Source: an uncultured Bacteroidota bacterium
GTDB lineage: Bacteria > Bacteroidota > Bacteroidia > Bacteroidales > VadinHA17
DNA length: 64,000 bases
Assembly (NCBI GenBank): GCA_903824785.1
Contig: CAIJYD010000099.1
Coordinates: 35,662-99,661, forward strand
Direction: 5' to 3'
A model generated the notes under the pieces. That model saw only the letters and a list, made by a program, of their open reading frames with translations. It had not been told where the DNA came from and ran no database searches. The first letter of the stretch is position 1. Each line of letters starts with the position of its first letter. The position numbers and the translations under genes were made by a program. Shown here piece after piece: positions 1-8,875 of this stretch.

Positions 1-17
1 TCAAGATTTTAAAATGT

Positions 18-25
18 TATCTTTG
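18..25 (+). promoter_or_regulatory. Candidate Bacteroidota -7 promoter box (TATCTTTG, fits TAnnTTTG) upstream of argS
   Basis: Motif read directly at 18-25, 25 nt upstream of the ATG at 50. The consensus comes from Bacteroides primary-sigma promoters. The -33 element was not assessed. Confidence 0.3.
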
Positions 26-49
26 CCCACTGAAATTTTTTAAAATAAC

Positions 50-1837
50 ATGGAGATTGTCCTTAAAGAAAAGATAAAAGAAGCTGTTAAAATTATCTAC
101 AATAGCGATGTTACAGACGAGCTGATACAGATACAGGAAACACGAAAAGATTTTAAAGGCGACTTTACTCTGGTCGTTTTTCCTCTGCTTCGCTTTTCAA
201 AAAACACACCCGAAAAAACCGGCGAGACAATAGGTAATTATCTGGTTGACAGATTCCCTTCTGTGTCAGGTTTTAATGTTATAAAAGGTTTTCTTAATCT
301 TGAGATTTCTGATAACTGGTGGGTGGCGTACTTTGAAAAGATGGTATCAGAGAAAAGCCATCTGGAGAACTGTCAGGTTGAGGTGGCTGAAACAATCCTT
401 GTTGAATACTCCTCTCCAAATACAAATAAGCCTCTGCATCTGGGGCATATCCGTAACAACCTTCTGGGTAATTCGCTCTACAGGATATTATCTGCCACAG
501 GCCATAATGTTGTTAAAACAAATATCGTCAACGACAGAGGTATTCATATCTGCAAATCGATGGTTGCCTGGCAGAATTTCGGAAAAGGGGAGACCCCTCA
601 GTCATCCGGGATGAAAGGAGATCACCTGGTGGGGAAATATTATGTTTTATTCGAAAAAGAGTACCGTGCAGAAATAGAGAAGCTTGTACAGGCCGGAACC
701 GGTGAAGAGGAGGCTAAAAATTCAGCTCCTCTTATGAAGGCAACCCGTGAGATGCTTCTGAAATGGGAAGCGGGAGATATTGAAGTTGTTGAACTCTGGA
801 AACTGATGAATTCATGGGTTTATGCAGGCTTTGATGTTACTTATAAAAAGCTTGGTGTTGATTTCGACAAAATATATTATGAATCAGATACTTATAAAGT
901 CGGAAAAGATATAGTTCTTTCTGCTCTCAAAGATAATATTCTTTACAGAAACGACGATAGCTCAATCTGGGCCGATCTTACTCCGGACGGACTGGATCAG
1001 AAACTACTTCTTCGTTCTGATGGCACAGCTGTTTATATGACTCAGGATCTTGGAACTGCAGTTGACAGATTTAATGAATTCAGGTTCGACAAGAATATTT
1101 ATGTTGTTGGAAATGAGCAAAATTATCATTTTCAGGTACTTAAGGCTCTTCTTAAAAGAATGGGATATCCCTGGGCCGATGGATTGATCCATTTTTCGTA
1201 CGGTATGGTAGAGCTCCCTGAAGGACGAATGAAATCGCGCGAAGGAACAATAGTAGATGCCGACGACCTTATTGAAGAGATGCAGGAGACTGCAAGAGTG
1301 GTTTCACTTGAACTGGGAAAATTATCCGATTTTTCAGAAGAGGAAAAAGAAGATATCTTCCGTAAGATCGGGCTCGGGGCTCTGAAATATTATATCCTGA
1401 AAGTAGATCCCCGCAAAAATATGACTTTTAATCCTGCCGAGTCAATTGATTTTAATGGAAATACCGGGCCTTTTATTCAATATACTTACGCCAGGATAAA
1501 ATCAGTTTTCAGAAAGGCAGAGCAGATGGGGATTACTCCGGATGCAACTATTCTGATCGAAGCAAAAATCGGAATTAAAGAGATTGAACTTATAAAATTG
1601 TTACGGAAGTTTTCTGAAACCGTTTCTATAGCTGCAGCCAGCTATAGCCCTGCGGTAATTGCAAACTATTGTTATGAGCTTGCAAGGGAGTTTAACCAGT
1701 TCTATCACGACTATTCCATTCTAGGAGAAGAGGATCAGGCTATAAGGAATTTCAGACTTGTTCTGTCAAAGCTTACCAGCGAAATTTTGTTCACAGGAAT
1801 GGGACTTTTAGGAATTGAGATGCCTGAAAGAATGTAG
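50..1837 (+). CDS. argS: Arginine--tRNA ligase
   Basis: 595-aa ORF with a class I HIGH-type motif (PLHLGHIRN), a KMSKS-like MKSREG, and the C-terminal anticodon-binding region typical of ArgRS. Confidence 0.95.
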   Translation: MEIVLKEKIKEAVKIIYNSDVTDELIQIQETRKDFKGDFTLVVFPLLRFSKNTPEKTGETIGNYLVDRFPSVSGFNVIKGFLNLEISDNWWVAYFEKMVSEKSHLENCQVEVAETILVEYSSPNTNKPLHLGHIRNNLLGNSLYRILSATGHNVVKTNIVNDRGIHICKSMVAWQNFGKGETPQSSGMKGDHLVGKYYVLFEKEYRAEIEKLVQAGTGEEEAKNSAPLMKATREMLLKWEAGDIEVVELWKLMNSWVYAGFDVTYKKLGVDFDKIYYESDTYKVGKDIVLSALKDNILYRNDDSSIWADLTPDGLDQKLLLRSDGTAVYMTQDLGTAVDRFNEFRFDKNIYVVGNEQNYHFQVLKALLKRMGYPWADGLIHFSYGMVELPEGRMKSREGTIVDADDLIEEMQETARVVSLELGKLSDFSEEEKEDIFRKIGLGALKYYILKVDPRKNMTFNPAESIDFNGNTGPFIQYTYARIKSVFRKAEQMGITPDATILIEAKIGIKEIELIKLLRKFSETVSIAAASYSPAVIANYCYELAREFNQFYHDYSILGEEDQAIRNFRLVLSKLTSEILFTGMGLLGIEMPERM

Positions 1838-1869
1838 AGTTTTATTAAAATATTTTATCAGTTAATAAT

Positions 1870-3186
1870 ATGTTTGAAAATTTAAGTGAACGGCTGGAGA
1901 AATCCTTTAAACTACTTAAGGGACAAGGCAGAATATCAGAAATAAACATTGCTGAAACACTTAAGGAGGTGCGAAGAGCATTGCTCGACGCCGATGTCAA
2001 TTTTAAAATCGCTAAGCAATTTACTGACAATGTAAAACAGAAAGCTCTGGGGCAGGAGGTTCTTAAGTCAGTTAACCCGTCGCAGATGATGGTTAAAATA
2101 GTTCATGATGAACTGGTTGAACTGATGGGTGGCGATAAAACAGAAATTAATATTAAGATCAATCCATCGGTAATTTTAATTGCCGGTCTGCAGGGCTCCG
2201 GAAAAACAACCTTCAGTGGGAAACTTGCCAAATGGGTTAAAAGTAAACGCGGAAAAAACCCGATGCTTGTTGCCTGTGATGTTTACAGACCCGCAGCAAT
2301 TGAGCAGTTAAAGATAATCGGAACACAGGTTGAAGTACCTGTTTATACCGAAGATGGAAATATGAACCCTGTTGATATTGCCCGTAATGCTGTTAAAGAG
2401 GCAAAAAAGAAAGGGTACGACCTTGTAATTATTGATACAGCCGGACGCCTGGCCATTGATGAAGAGATGATGAAAGAGATCTCTTCGGTTAAGAATGCGG
2501 TAAATCCTCATGAAATACTATTCGTAGTTGACTCAATGACTGGTCAGGATGCTGTAAATACTGCCAGGGAATTTAATGAAAGACTTGATTTTGATGGAGT
2601 TGTATTAACCAAGCTCGATGGTGATACCAGAGGCGGGGCCGCTCTTTCAATAAAATCTGTTGTAAGCAAGCCAATTAAATTCGTCAGTACAGGCGAGAAG
2701 ATGGATGCGATTGATCTCTTCTATCCTGAAAGAATGGCCGACAGGATTCTCGGGATGGGCGATATTGTGTCGCTTGTTGAAAAAGCTCAGGAGCAGTTCG
2801 ACTCTGAAGAAGCAAGAAAACTGCAGAAAAAAATTGCCAAGGATCAGTTCGATTTTAATGATTTCATTACACAGATCCAGCAGATAAAGAAAATGGGGAA
2901 TGTCAAGGATCTGATGGCAATGATTCCGGGTGTGGGGAAAGCTGTAAAAGATCTTGATATTGACGATAATGCATTTAAAAGTATAGAAGCGATCATCAAA
3001 AGTATGACACCGGAGGAGAGAGTTAATCCTGTCGTGCTTAACGGAAGCCGGCGTAAAAGAATAGCTGCCGGAAGCGGGACATCCGTTCAGGAAGTAAACA
3101 AACTCCTGAAACAGTTCGACGAAACCCGGAGGATGATGAAGATGATGACAAAAGGTGGTAACGTAGCCCGGCTAATGGGTAAATAA
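1870..3186 (+). CDS. ffh: Signal recognition particle protein Ffh
   Basis: 438 aa. N domain, SRP54 GTPase motifs (GLQGSGKTT, DTAGR, TKLDGD) and a Met-rich C-terminal M domain. Confidence 0.95.
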   Translation: MFENLSERLEKSFKLLKGQGRISEINIAETLKEVRRALLDADVNFKIAKQFTDNVKQKALGQEVLKSVNPSQMMVKIVHDELVELMGGDKTEINIKINPSVILIAGLQGSGKTTFSGKLAKWVKSKRGKNPMLVACDVYRPAAIEQLKIIGTQVEVPVYTEDGNMNPVDIARNAVKEAKKKGYDLVIIDTAGRLAIDEEMMKEISSVKNAVNPHEILFVVDSMTGQDAVNTAREFNERLDFDGVVLTKLDGDTRGGAALSIKSVVSKPIKFVSTGEKMDAIDLFYPERMADRILGMGDIVSLVEKAQEQFDSEEARKLQKKIAKDQFDFNDFITQIQQIKKMGNVKDLMAMIPGVGKAVKDLDIDDNAFKSIEAIIKSMTPEERVNPVVLNGSRRKRIAAGSGTSVQEVNKLLKQFDETRRMMKMMTKGGNVARLMGK

Positions 3187-3195
3187 TAAAATATC

Positions 3196-4065
3196 ATGTA
3201 TAGTATTATTGACGGAAAAAAGGTTGCATCCGAGATTAAACTGGAGATCGCAAAGGAAGTTGCAGGTCTCAGGGCTGCCGGGAAGAAAGCTCCGCACCTT
3301 GCGGCTATTCTCGTTGGGAACAACGGCTCAAGCGAAACTTATGTGGCCAGCAAAGTAAAAGATTGCGAAGAAGTTGGTTTTAAATCAACTCTTGTACGTT
3401 TCACAAACGATATCACAGAGGAGATCCTTCTTAATAAAATTGCTGAGCTAAATAATGATCCTGATGTGGATGGATTCATTGTTCAGCTCCCGCTTCCATC
3501 TCATATATCTGAGAATAAGGTAATTGAAGCTATTGATCCTATGAAGGATTCAGACGGATTTCACCCGGTGAATCTTGGTAAAATGATGATTGGACTTCCG
3601 TGTTTCCTTCCAGCAACTCCTTTCGGAATAGTTGAACTTCTAAAAAGATACAAAATAGAGACATCAGGCAAGAACTGTGTGGTAATCGGCAGAAGCAATA
3701 TTGTTGGCAGACCTGTGAGTATTCTTCTATCACAGAAAGGGATGGATGCCACCGTTACTGTTGTTCACAGCCGGACAAAAAACATTAAGGATATTGTTGC
3801 TAACGCTGACATTATTATTGCAGCAATCGGTTCTCCCTCTTTTGTTACAGCAGATATGGTAAAGGCAGGAGCAGTTGTAATTGATGTTGGCACAACAAGA
3901 GTTTTGAGCTCTGAAACTAAATCGGGTTTTAAACTTGCCGGGGATGTGGATTTTGTAAATGTTGCTCCGAAATGTTCTTATATTACACCTGTTCCGGGTG
4001 GTGTTGGCCCGATGACAAGGGTATCATTGCTGAGAAACACCCTTATTGCTGCAGCCCGCGGCTGA
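3196..4065 (+). CDS. folD: Bifunctional methylenetetrahydrofolate dehydrogenase / methenyl-THF cyclohydrolase
   Basis: 289 aa with the family pattern: [36 protein letters not shown]. Confidence 0.95.
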   Translation: MYSIIDGKKVASEIKLEIAKEVAGLRAAGKKAPHLAAILVGNNGSSETYVASKVKDCEEVGFKSTLVRFTNDITEEILLNKIAELNNDPDVDGFIVQLPLPSHISENKVIEAIDPMKDSDGFHPVNLGKMMIGLPCFLPATPFGIVELLKRYKIETSGKNCVVIGRSNIVGRPVSILLSQKGMDATVTVVHSRTKNIKDIVANADIIIAAIGSPSFVTADMVKAGAVVIDVGTTRVLSSETKSGFKLAGDVDFVNVAPKCSYITPVPGGVGPMTRVSLLRNTLIAAARG

Positions 4066-4089
4066 TTCCTGCTCACAATCTGAAGTTCT

Positions 4090-5097
4090 TTATTCGGGAA
4101 ACTCTATACCCGAAAAATAGAGATCAAATCCGCCCTTGCCACCCGCTCTGTCGGATGAGAACATTAAAAAAAGGTTCGTGAAATCAGGGTGATAACCTAT
4201 AACAGGTCTGTATTCATTTGATGCTGAGTTTATTTTCGGACCCAGATTTACAGGAGAACTCCATTTCCCGTTTTTTAAAATTGAATAATATAAATCAAAT
4301 CCTCCCAGCCCGCCGGCTCTGTCAGAGGTAAAAATCATAATCTTTTTGTAGAGCATCGGACATTTATCATTACCTGTACTGTTTACACTGTCTACCCGTA
4401 TTGAGCTTGCATAATCAAGATTCAACCACGAAGAAATATCTTTTTCTGCCGGTCTCTGGTGCATAAAAATATCGAAGTTTCCATTTATGCTTGAAGTAAA
4501 ATAGGCAGAATCGAGGTTGGAATCGAAACTTATATACGCATCATCTGAACTGGTATTCAGTAGTTTAACAGGATTTGAACCCTCAATATCAGGCAGACTA
4601 GACCCTGATGTGGGTCTGTTCCTGAAATAGTACAGATCAAGATTACCATCCATGTTGACGGAAGATGTTATCAGATACTCATATCCATCGAGGGTACTGA
4701 AAAGACGATATGGCCCGAAATCATTTCGTGCTGTAGATGCCTTATTGATCAGCTTACTCATAAAAGGATCATTGGTCATCGCTGTTCCGAATCCGAAATT
4801 TCCGGTAACCTGATCCCATGTAAAAGAAACAGTAGCCTGCTCAAGATCAAACTGACCTCCGGAGCTCTTCCTGTTGCTTGAAAAAATAACGGGCATATTG
4901 CCGTTTAACTGATGAATGTCAAGGTTATAATCATCAAAGGCAGAATTGATATCTGTCATATTTATTACGGTATCGGGGAAAGCGCCTTTGGGAAACTTTA
5001 TGGGATTCTCTGATTTTTTGCAGTCGGTAAGGCATAATGTGATAAATAATATGCTAAAAATCAATACTATAAAAGTATTGGATGATGATTTTTTCAT
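4090..5097 (-). CDS. PD40 (TolB-like WD40 beta-propeller repeat) lipoprotein
   Basis: 335 aa. Signal peptide with a lipobox-like LTDC. Repeated motifs FSSNRKSSGGQFDL, FTSDRAGGLGGFDLYY and FSSDRAGGKGGFDLYF are typical of PD40 repeats. Confidence 0.75.
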   Translation of the reverse strand: MKKSSSNTFIVLIFSILFITLCLTDCKKSENPIKFPKGAFPDTVINMTDINSAFDDYNLDIHQLNGNMPVIFSSNRKSSGGQFDLEQATVSFTWDQVTGNFGFGTAMTNDPFMSKLINKASTARNDFGPYRLFSTLDGYEYLITSSVNMDGNLDLYYFRNRPTSGSSLPDIEGSNPVKLLNTSSDDAYISFDSNLDSAYFTSSINGNFDIFMHQRPAEKDISSWLNLDYASSIRVDSVNSTGNDKCPMLYKKIMIFTSDRAGGLGGFDLYYSILKNGKWSSPVNLGPKINSASNEYRPVIGYHPDFTNLFLMFSSDRAGGKGGFDLYFSGIEFPE

Positions 5098-5140
5098 ATT
5101 TGTCTGTTAAGTGACCTTTCTCCGCAAAGGTATTAATTTA

Positions 5141-5174
5141 ATATAAAACGAAAAACCGGGTTAGGGACCCGGTT
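5141..5174 (-). terminator. Intrinsic-terminator-like hairpin on the minus strand inside a divergent intergenic region
   Basis: Perfect 8-bp stem AACCGGGT/ACCCGGTT at 5154-5174. On the minus strand it is followed by TTTTCGTTTTAT. It lies about 57 nt upstream of the PD40 gene start at 5097. Confidence 0.4.
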
Positions 5175-5434
5175 CTTCAAAGGTAGAATTTAGGTTAATC
5201 TTAAGGTATTTAGGGTATAGTTGTATTAAAAATCTCAATTATATAAACATAAGATGATAAAAGGCCTCAGGAGGTTGCGTTGGGATTACAATTTTGCAGA
5301 ATATTTTTACATATAAATCGTATTCATCAGTAGCACAGGTGTTTGTAAAATATTAATAATGTTGATAATTGATTAGCTATCTAAACGCCCTTATTAAAAA
5401 TAGTATTAATTTTGTAGGCATATTTTTGTAAGCA

Positions 5435-6850
5435 ATGGAAGAGGATAAGTTTGGATTTTCCTATGAGGAAGATATAACACATGCGGTGCAGAAGTTTGAG
5501 AAGATGAAAAAGGATAATGAGAATTATTTTTTTGATGTCATTGAATTTGAAACAATTATCGATTATTATATTGAGTGCAATAATTCATTAAAAGCTTTTG
5601 AAGCCGCAACCCTGGCAACCGAACAACATCCAAATTCAGTATCAATACAATTAAGAAAGGCAAGAGTATTACTTGATAAAGGAAAAGCTGTCGAAGCTCT
5701 CAGGATACTTAAGAAACTGGAAAACATTGAACCGGGAAACCATGAGATCTATATTGCCAAAGGAACTGCCTTAGGAATACTGGGCGATATACAGGGAGCC
5801 AGAAAAATGTTCGATTACTCTCTTACCCTCGATTCAGAGGATATCGAAAACATACTCTTCTCCATTACTTCGGTTTTGCAAAACCTTAATTATTATGAGC
5901 ATCTGATTCCCTATATGAAGCGTCTTGTTGGTATGGAACCGGAGTTTAAAGCTCACCTTTATGATCTTGCTTATGCTTATGAGAAAATAGAGGATTTTGA
6001 GAATAGTATTATTTATTATCTGAAATATCTTGAGGATGAACCATTTTCGGATAGTGCCTGGTACAATCTGGGAATAATATACAATAAGCTGGAATTATAT
6101 GAGAAAGCCATGGAAGCTTACGATTTTGCGCTTGCCATTAATTCTCAGAATACTTTTGCACTATTCAATAAAGGGAATATCCTGAGTAATATAGAAATGT
6201 ATGCAGAGGCGATTCCTGTTTATCATGAATATATCGAGAATGAGCCCGATAGCTTCGAGGCAATGACCTATCTTGCTGAGTGTTATGAAAAAACAGGTGC
6301 TACAACCATGGCACGGAAATATTATCATGAAGCTATTGAACTGGCTCCTGATTTTGCAGATCCGTGGTTTGGGCTGGGTGTAATATCGCTTAATAGCGGA
6401 AATATTGATGAAAGCCTTATATTTTTCAGAAAAGCTGTCAGGCTCGATGATGAGAATCCTGAAATATGGTATCTCCTTGGTAAAGCCCATTATGCCAAGG
6501 GAGAGAAGAAAGCCGCTCTGAGATGCTTCAGGGAAGCTCTTAAACTTGATGCCTATTATGATGAAGTCTGGTCCGATCTGGGAAATATTATCCTCGAAGA
6601 TGGTCTTACATTAAAAGCACTTCCTTATCTTGAACATGCCTATAAAGTAACCGGTGATGTACCCGGAATAAACTATCTGCTCGCCTCATTTTATCTTCAT
6701 ACGGGAAGTGCTGAAAAAGCTTTCCGTCACCTTACACTTGCAGTTAACATGGAAAAAGAGCTGTTCAGGGATTTTGAAGGTATCTTCCCGGATAGACTCT
6801 TTACAAGAAAAATTAAGAAACTCCTTAAGGCAAACAGCCTTTTAATGTAA
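5435..6850 (+). CDS. Tetratricopeptide (TPR) repeat protein
   Basis: 471 aa, cytoplasmic-looking. Multiple 34-aa TPR-like units with the W/Y-x-LG-x-Y, A-x-x-F-x-x-AL pattern throughout. Confidence 0.8.
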   Translation: MEEDKFGFSYEEDITHAVQKFEKMKKDNENYFFDVIEFETIIDYYIECNNSLKAFEAATLATEQHPNSVSIQLRKARVLLDKGKAVEALRILKKLENIEPGNHEIYIAKGTALGILGDIQGARKMFDYSLTLDSEDIENILFSITSVLQNLNYYEHLIPYMKRLVGMEPEFKAHLYDLAYAYEKIEDFENSIIYYLKYLEDEPFSDSAWYNLGIIYNKLELYEKAMEAYDFALAINSQNTFALFNKGNILSNIEMYAEAIPVYHEYIENEPDSFEAMTYLAECYEKTGATTMARKYYHEAIELAPDFADPWFGLGVISLNSGNIDESLIFFRKAVRLDDENPEIWYLLGKAHYAKGEKKAALRCFREALKLDAYYDEVWSDLGNIILEDGLTLKALPYLEHAYKVTGDVPGINYLLASFYLHTGSAEKAFRHLTLAVNMEKELFRDFEGIFPDRLFTRKIKKLLKANSLLM

Positions 6851-6870
6851 TTTATATCCAACTCTTCAAT

Positions 6871-7644
6871 ATGAAAATGATACTTCCATTCATGCCGGAA
6901 AGGCCTGTAAAACCGCGATCGTCAGGACTCACAATGGTGATGGACAAAGGCCTCAGCATCAGGGAAGCTGAAGATTTTATGTCAGTGGGAAGTGAGTATA
7001 CTGATTTTGTAAAACTCGGTTTTGGCACCTCTCTAATTACCCCCGGGTTTGAGAAGAAAATAGCTCTTTATAAGAAGGCAGGCGTAATTCCCTATTTTGG
7101 AGGAACCCTTTTTGAAGCATTTATTGTCAGAGATATGTTCATTGATTATATAGGATTTCTCGATAAATATGAAATTGACCTGGTTGAAGTTTCAGACGGT
7201 TCTTACGACATAGAACATAACAGGAAGCTGGAATACATAAGCAGGCTTGCAGAAAGAGGTACGGTAATCTCAGAAGTAGGGTCGAAAAAAGCCAATGTTG
7301 TTTTTTCTCCTGATGAGTGGGTTGATATGATGAAAGCTGAACTTAATGCCGGCTCGGTAAAGGTTATTGCAGAAGCACGAGAGTCAGGAACAACCGGAAT
7401 ATATAATGAGGATGGCTCCATTAACAAAAAAATTATAGGTGCAATTGCAGAGCATGTCAAGCTTGAAAATGTCATCTGGGAAGCACCGCTGAAATCACAA
7501 CAAGCCTGGTTCATAAAGAATTTCGGGGCAAATGTTAACCTTGGAAATATAGCACCAAATGAAATAATTCCACTTGAGTCATTACGACTCGGTCTGCGGG
7601 GTGATACATTCTTTCAGTTCCTTCCTGATAACCTGAAACAATAG
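6871..7644 (+). CDS. comA: (2R)-phospho-3-sulfolactate synthase (ComA family) homolog
   Basis: 257 aa. GLTMVMDKGL, DFVKLGFGTS, GGTLFE, EVSDGS and ISEVGSK match my recollection of archaeal ComA / Bacillus YitD family blocks. Confidence 0.75.
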   Translation: MKMILPFMPERPVKPRSSGLTMVMDKGLSIREAEDFMSVGSEYTDFVKLGFGTSLITPGFEKKIALYKKAGVIPYFGGTLFEAFIVRDMFIDYIGFLDKYEIDLVEVSDGSYDIEHNRKLEYISRLAERGTVISEVGSKKANVVFSPDEWVDMMKAELNAGSVKVIAEARESGTTGIYNEDGSINKKIIGAIAEHVKLENVIWEAPLKSQQAWFIKNFGANVNLGNIAPNEIIPLESLRLGLRGDTFFQFLPDNLKQ

Positions 7645-7687
7645 TGCTGTCAATCAATATTATTAATAACTCAACCGTTACGAAAAG

Positions 7688-8440
7688 ATGAGAAAATTTG
7701 GCCTAATAGGATATCCTCTCGGGCATTCTTTCTCAAAAACATACTTCGCCGGAAAGTTCCAGAATGAAAATATTGAAGATTGTGCTTACGATAATTATCC
7801 GCTTACAGATTTAAACCAGCTTCAAAAACTAATCATTGAAGAGCCCGACCTCTGCGGCCTGAATGTGACTATTCCCTATAAATCAGAAATATTCAGGTAC
7901 TTAGATGTAACTGAAAATGAAGCTAAGGAGATTGGTGCAGTAAATGTTTTGAAAATAAAAAGGCTGGACGGAAAAGTTAAGTTGTATGGCTTTAACAGCG
8001 ATGTAACCGGGATACGGGATACTTTGCTGCCTTATATAAACAGCGATTTAAAGCATGCCGTTGTTCTTGGTACCGGAGGAAGTTCCAAAGCTGTCTGTTA
8101 TGTACTTAAAAAGCTCGGATTGGAAGTTACACAAATATCACGAATCAGAAAACCTGGGATCTCCGATTATTCAGATCTTAATTCGCAGCTTTTTGACAAA
8201 ACAGGTCTTATTATAAATACTACTCCTGTTGGAATGTTTCCGGATATTGAAAGCAAACCGGATATTAATTACTCTCTCCTCAATCAGAAACATATACTGT
8301 TCGATCTTGTCTATAATCCGGAGAAAACCTCTTTTCTGAAAGCAGGAGAGGAGCAGGGATGCAAAGTTCTAAGCGGGTTGAAAATGCTCCATTCACAGGC
8401 AGAACGGGCATGGAAGATATGGAATGATGTTAATCTGTAA
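7688..8440 (+). CDS. aroE: Shikimate dehydrogenase
   Basis: 250 aa. GLIGYPLGHSFS, NVTIPYK, GAVN and GTGGSSKA (Rossmann) motifs of the AroE family. Confidence 0.9.
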   Translation: MRKFGLIGYPLGHSFSKTYFAGKFQNENIEDCAYDNYPLTDLNQLQKLIIEEPDLCGLNVTIPYKSEIFRYLDVTENEAKEIGAVNVLKIKRLDGKVKLYGFNSDVTGIRDTLLPYINSDLKHAVVLGTGGSSKAVCYVLKKLGLEVTQISRIRKPGISDYSDLNSQLFDKTGLIINTTPVGMFPDIESKPDINYSLLNQKHILFDLVYNPEKTSFLKAGEEQGCKVLSGLKMLHSQAERAWKIWNDVNL

Positions 8441-8452
8441 CTTTTTTATTGC

Positions 8453-8806
8453 CTAACCGTCAATAGTTTTTCGTGCACCTTTTCTTCTGACCCAGTATCT
8501 CGGGTCGCAGTCGATACATTCCTGCTTCCAGTAACCCGGACTCACAAATGAACCCTCCTTTGTTTTAAGAAGCTTTTCATAAATAGCAAAAACAGGATTG
8601 AAAGCCAGGTCAGTAACCCCAACGGTATACTTAGGTTCCGCTCCGGCAGTTTCCTCTGCCTCCAGCAACTCTTTTACTTCCATATTATTGAATGAAAGAA
8701 GATCGCTCAGAAAAGCAACTCTTTCCAGTGTAGCCCCTGTCTCAACGATGGTACAACGAATACCGTCTATTTCGCTTACAATATGTTTTGCATTATTTAT
8801 AGCCAT
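8453..8806 (-). CDS. Hypothetical 117-aa protein, co-oriented with and immediately downstream of nuoN
   Basis: Clean ORF with non-repetitive composition, an acidic middle, and a Cys-x2-Cys (CIDC) near the basic C-terminus. I recognise no family. It sits 69 nt after the nuoN stop with no terminator hairpin between. Confidence 0.55.
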   Translation of the reverse strand: MAINNAKHIVSEIDGIRCTIVETGATLERVAFLSDLLSFNNMEVKELLEAEETAGAEPKYTVGVTDLAFNPVFAIYEKLLKTKEGSFVSPGYWKQECIDCDPRYWVRRKGARKTIDG

Positions 8807-8875
8807 AACTTTTTATCTTTTTATCTTTAGCCTTTAGCATTTAGCCTTTTGACTTTTGACTTTTTTTTAGTGTTC
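8807..8875. repeat. Short phased 7-8 nt mini-repeats in the nuoN / orphan-gene spacer
   Basis: Plus strand reads TTTATCT TTTTATCT TTAGCCT TTAGCAT TTAGCCT TTTGACT TTTGACT TTTTTTT. On the coding (minus) strand this is an A-rich, G/C-poor leader. Confidence 0.6.
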
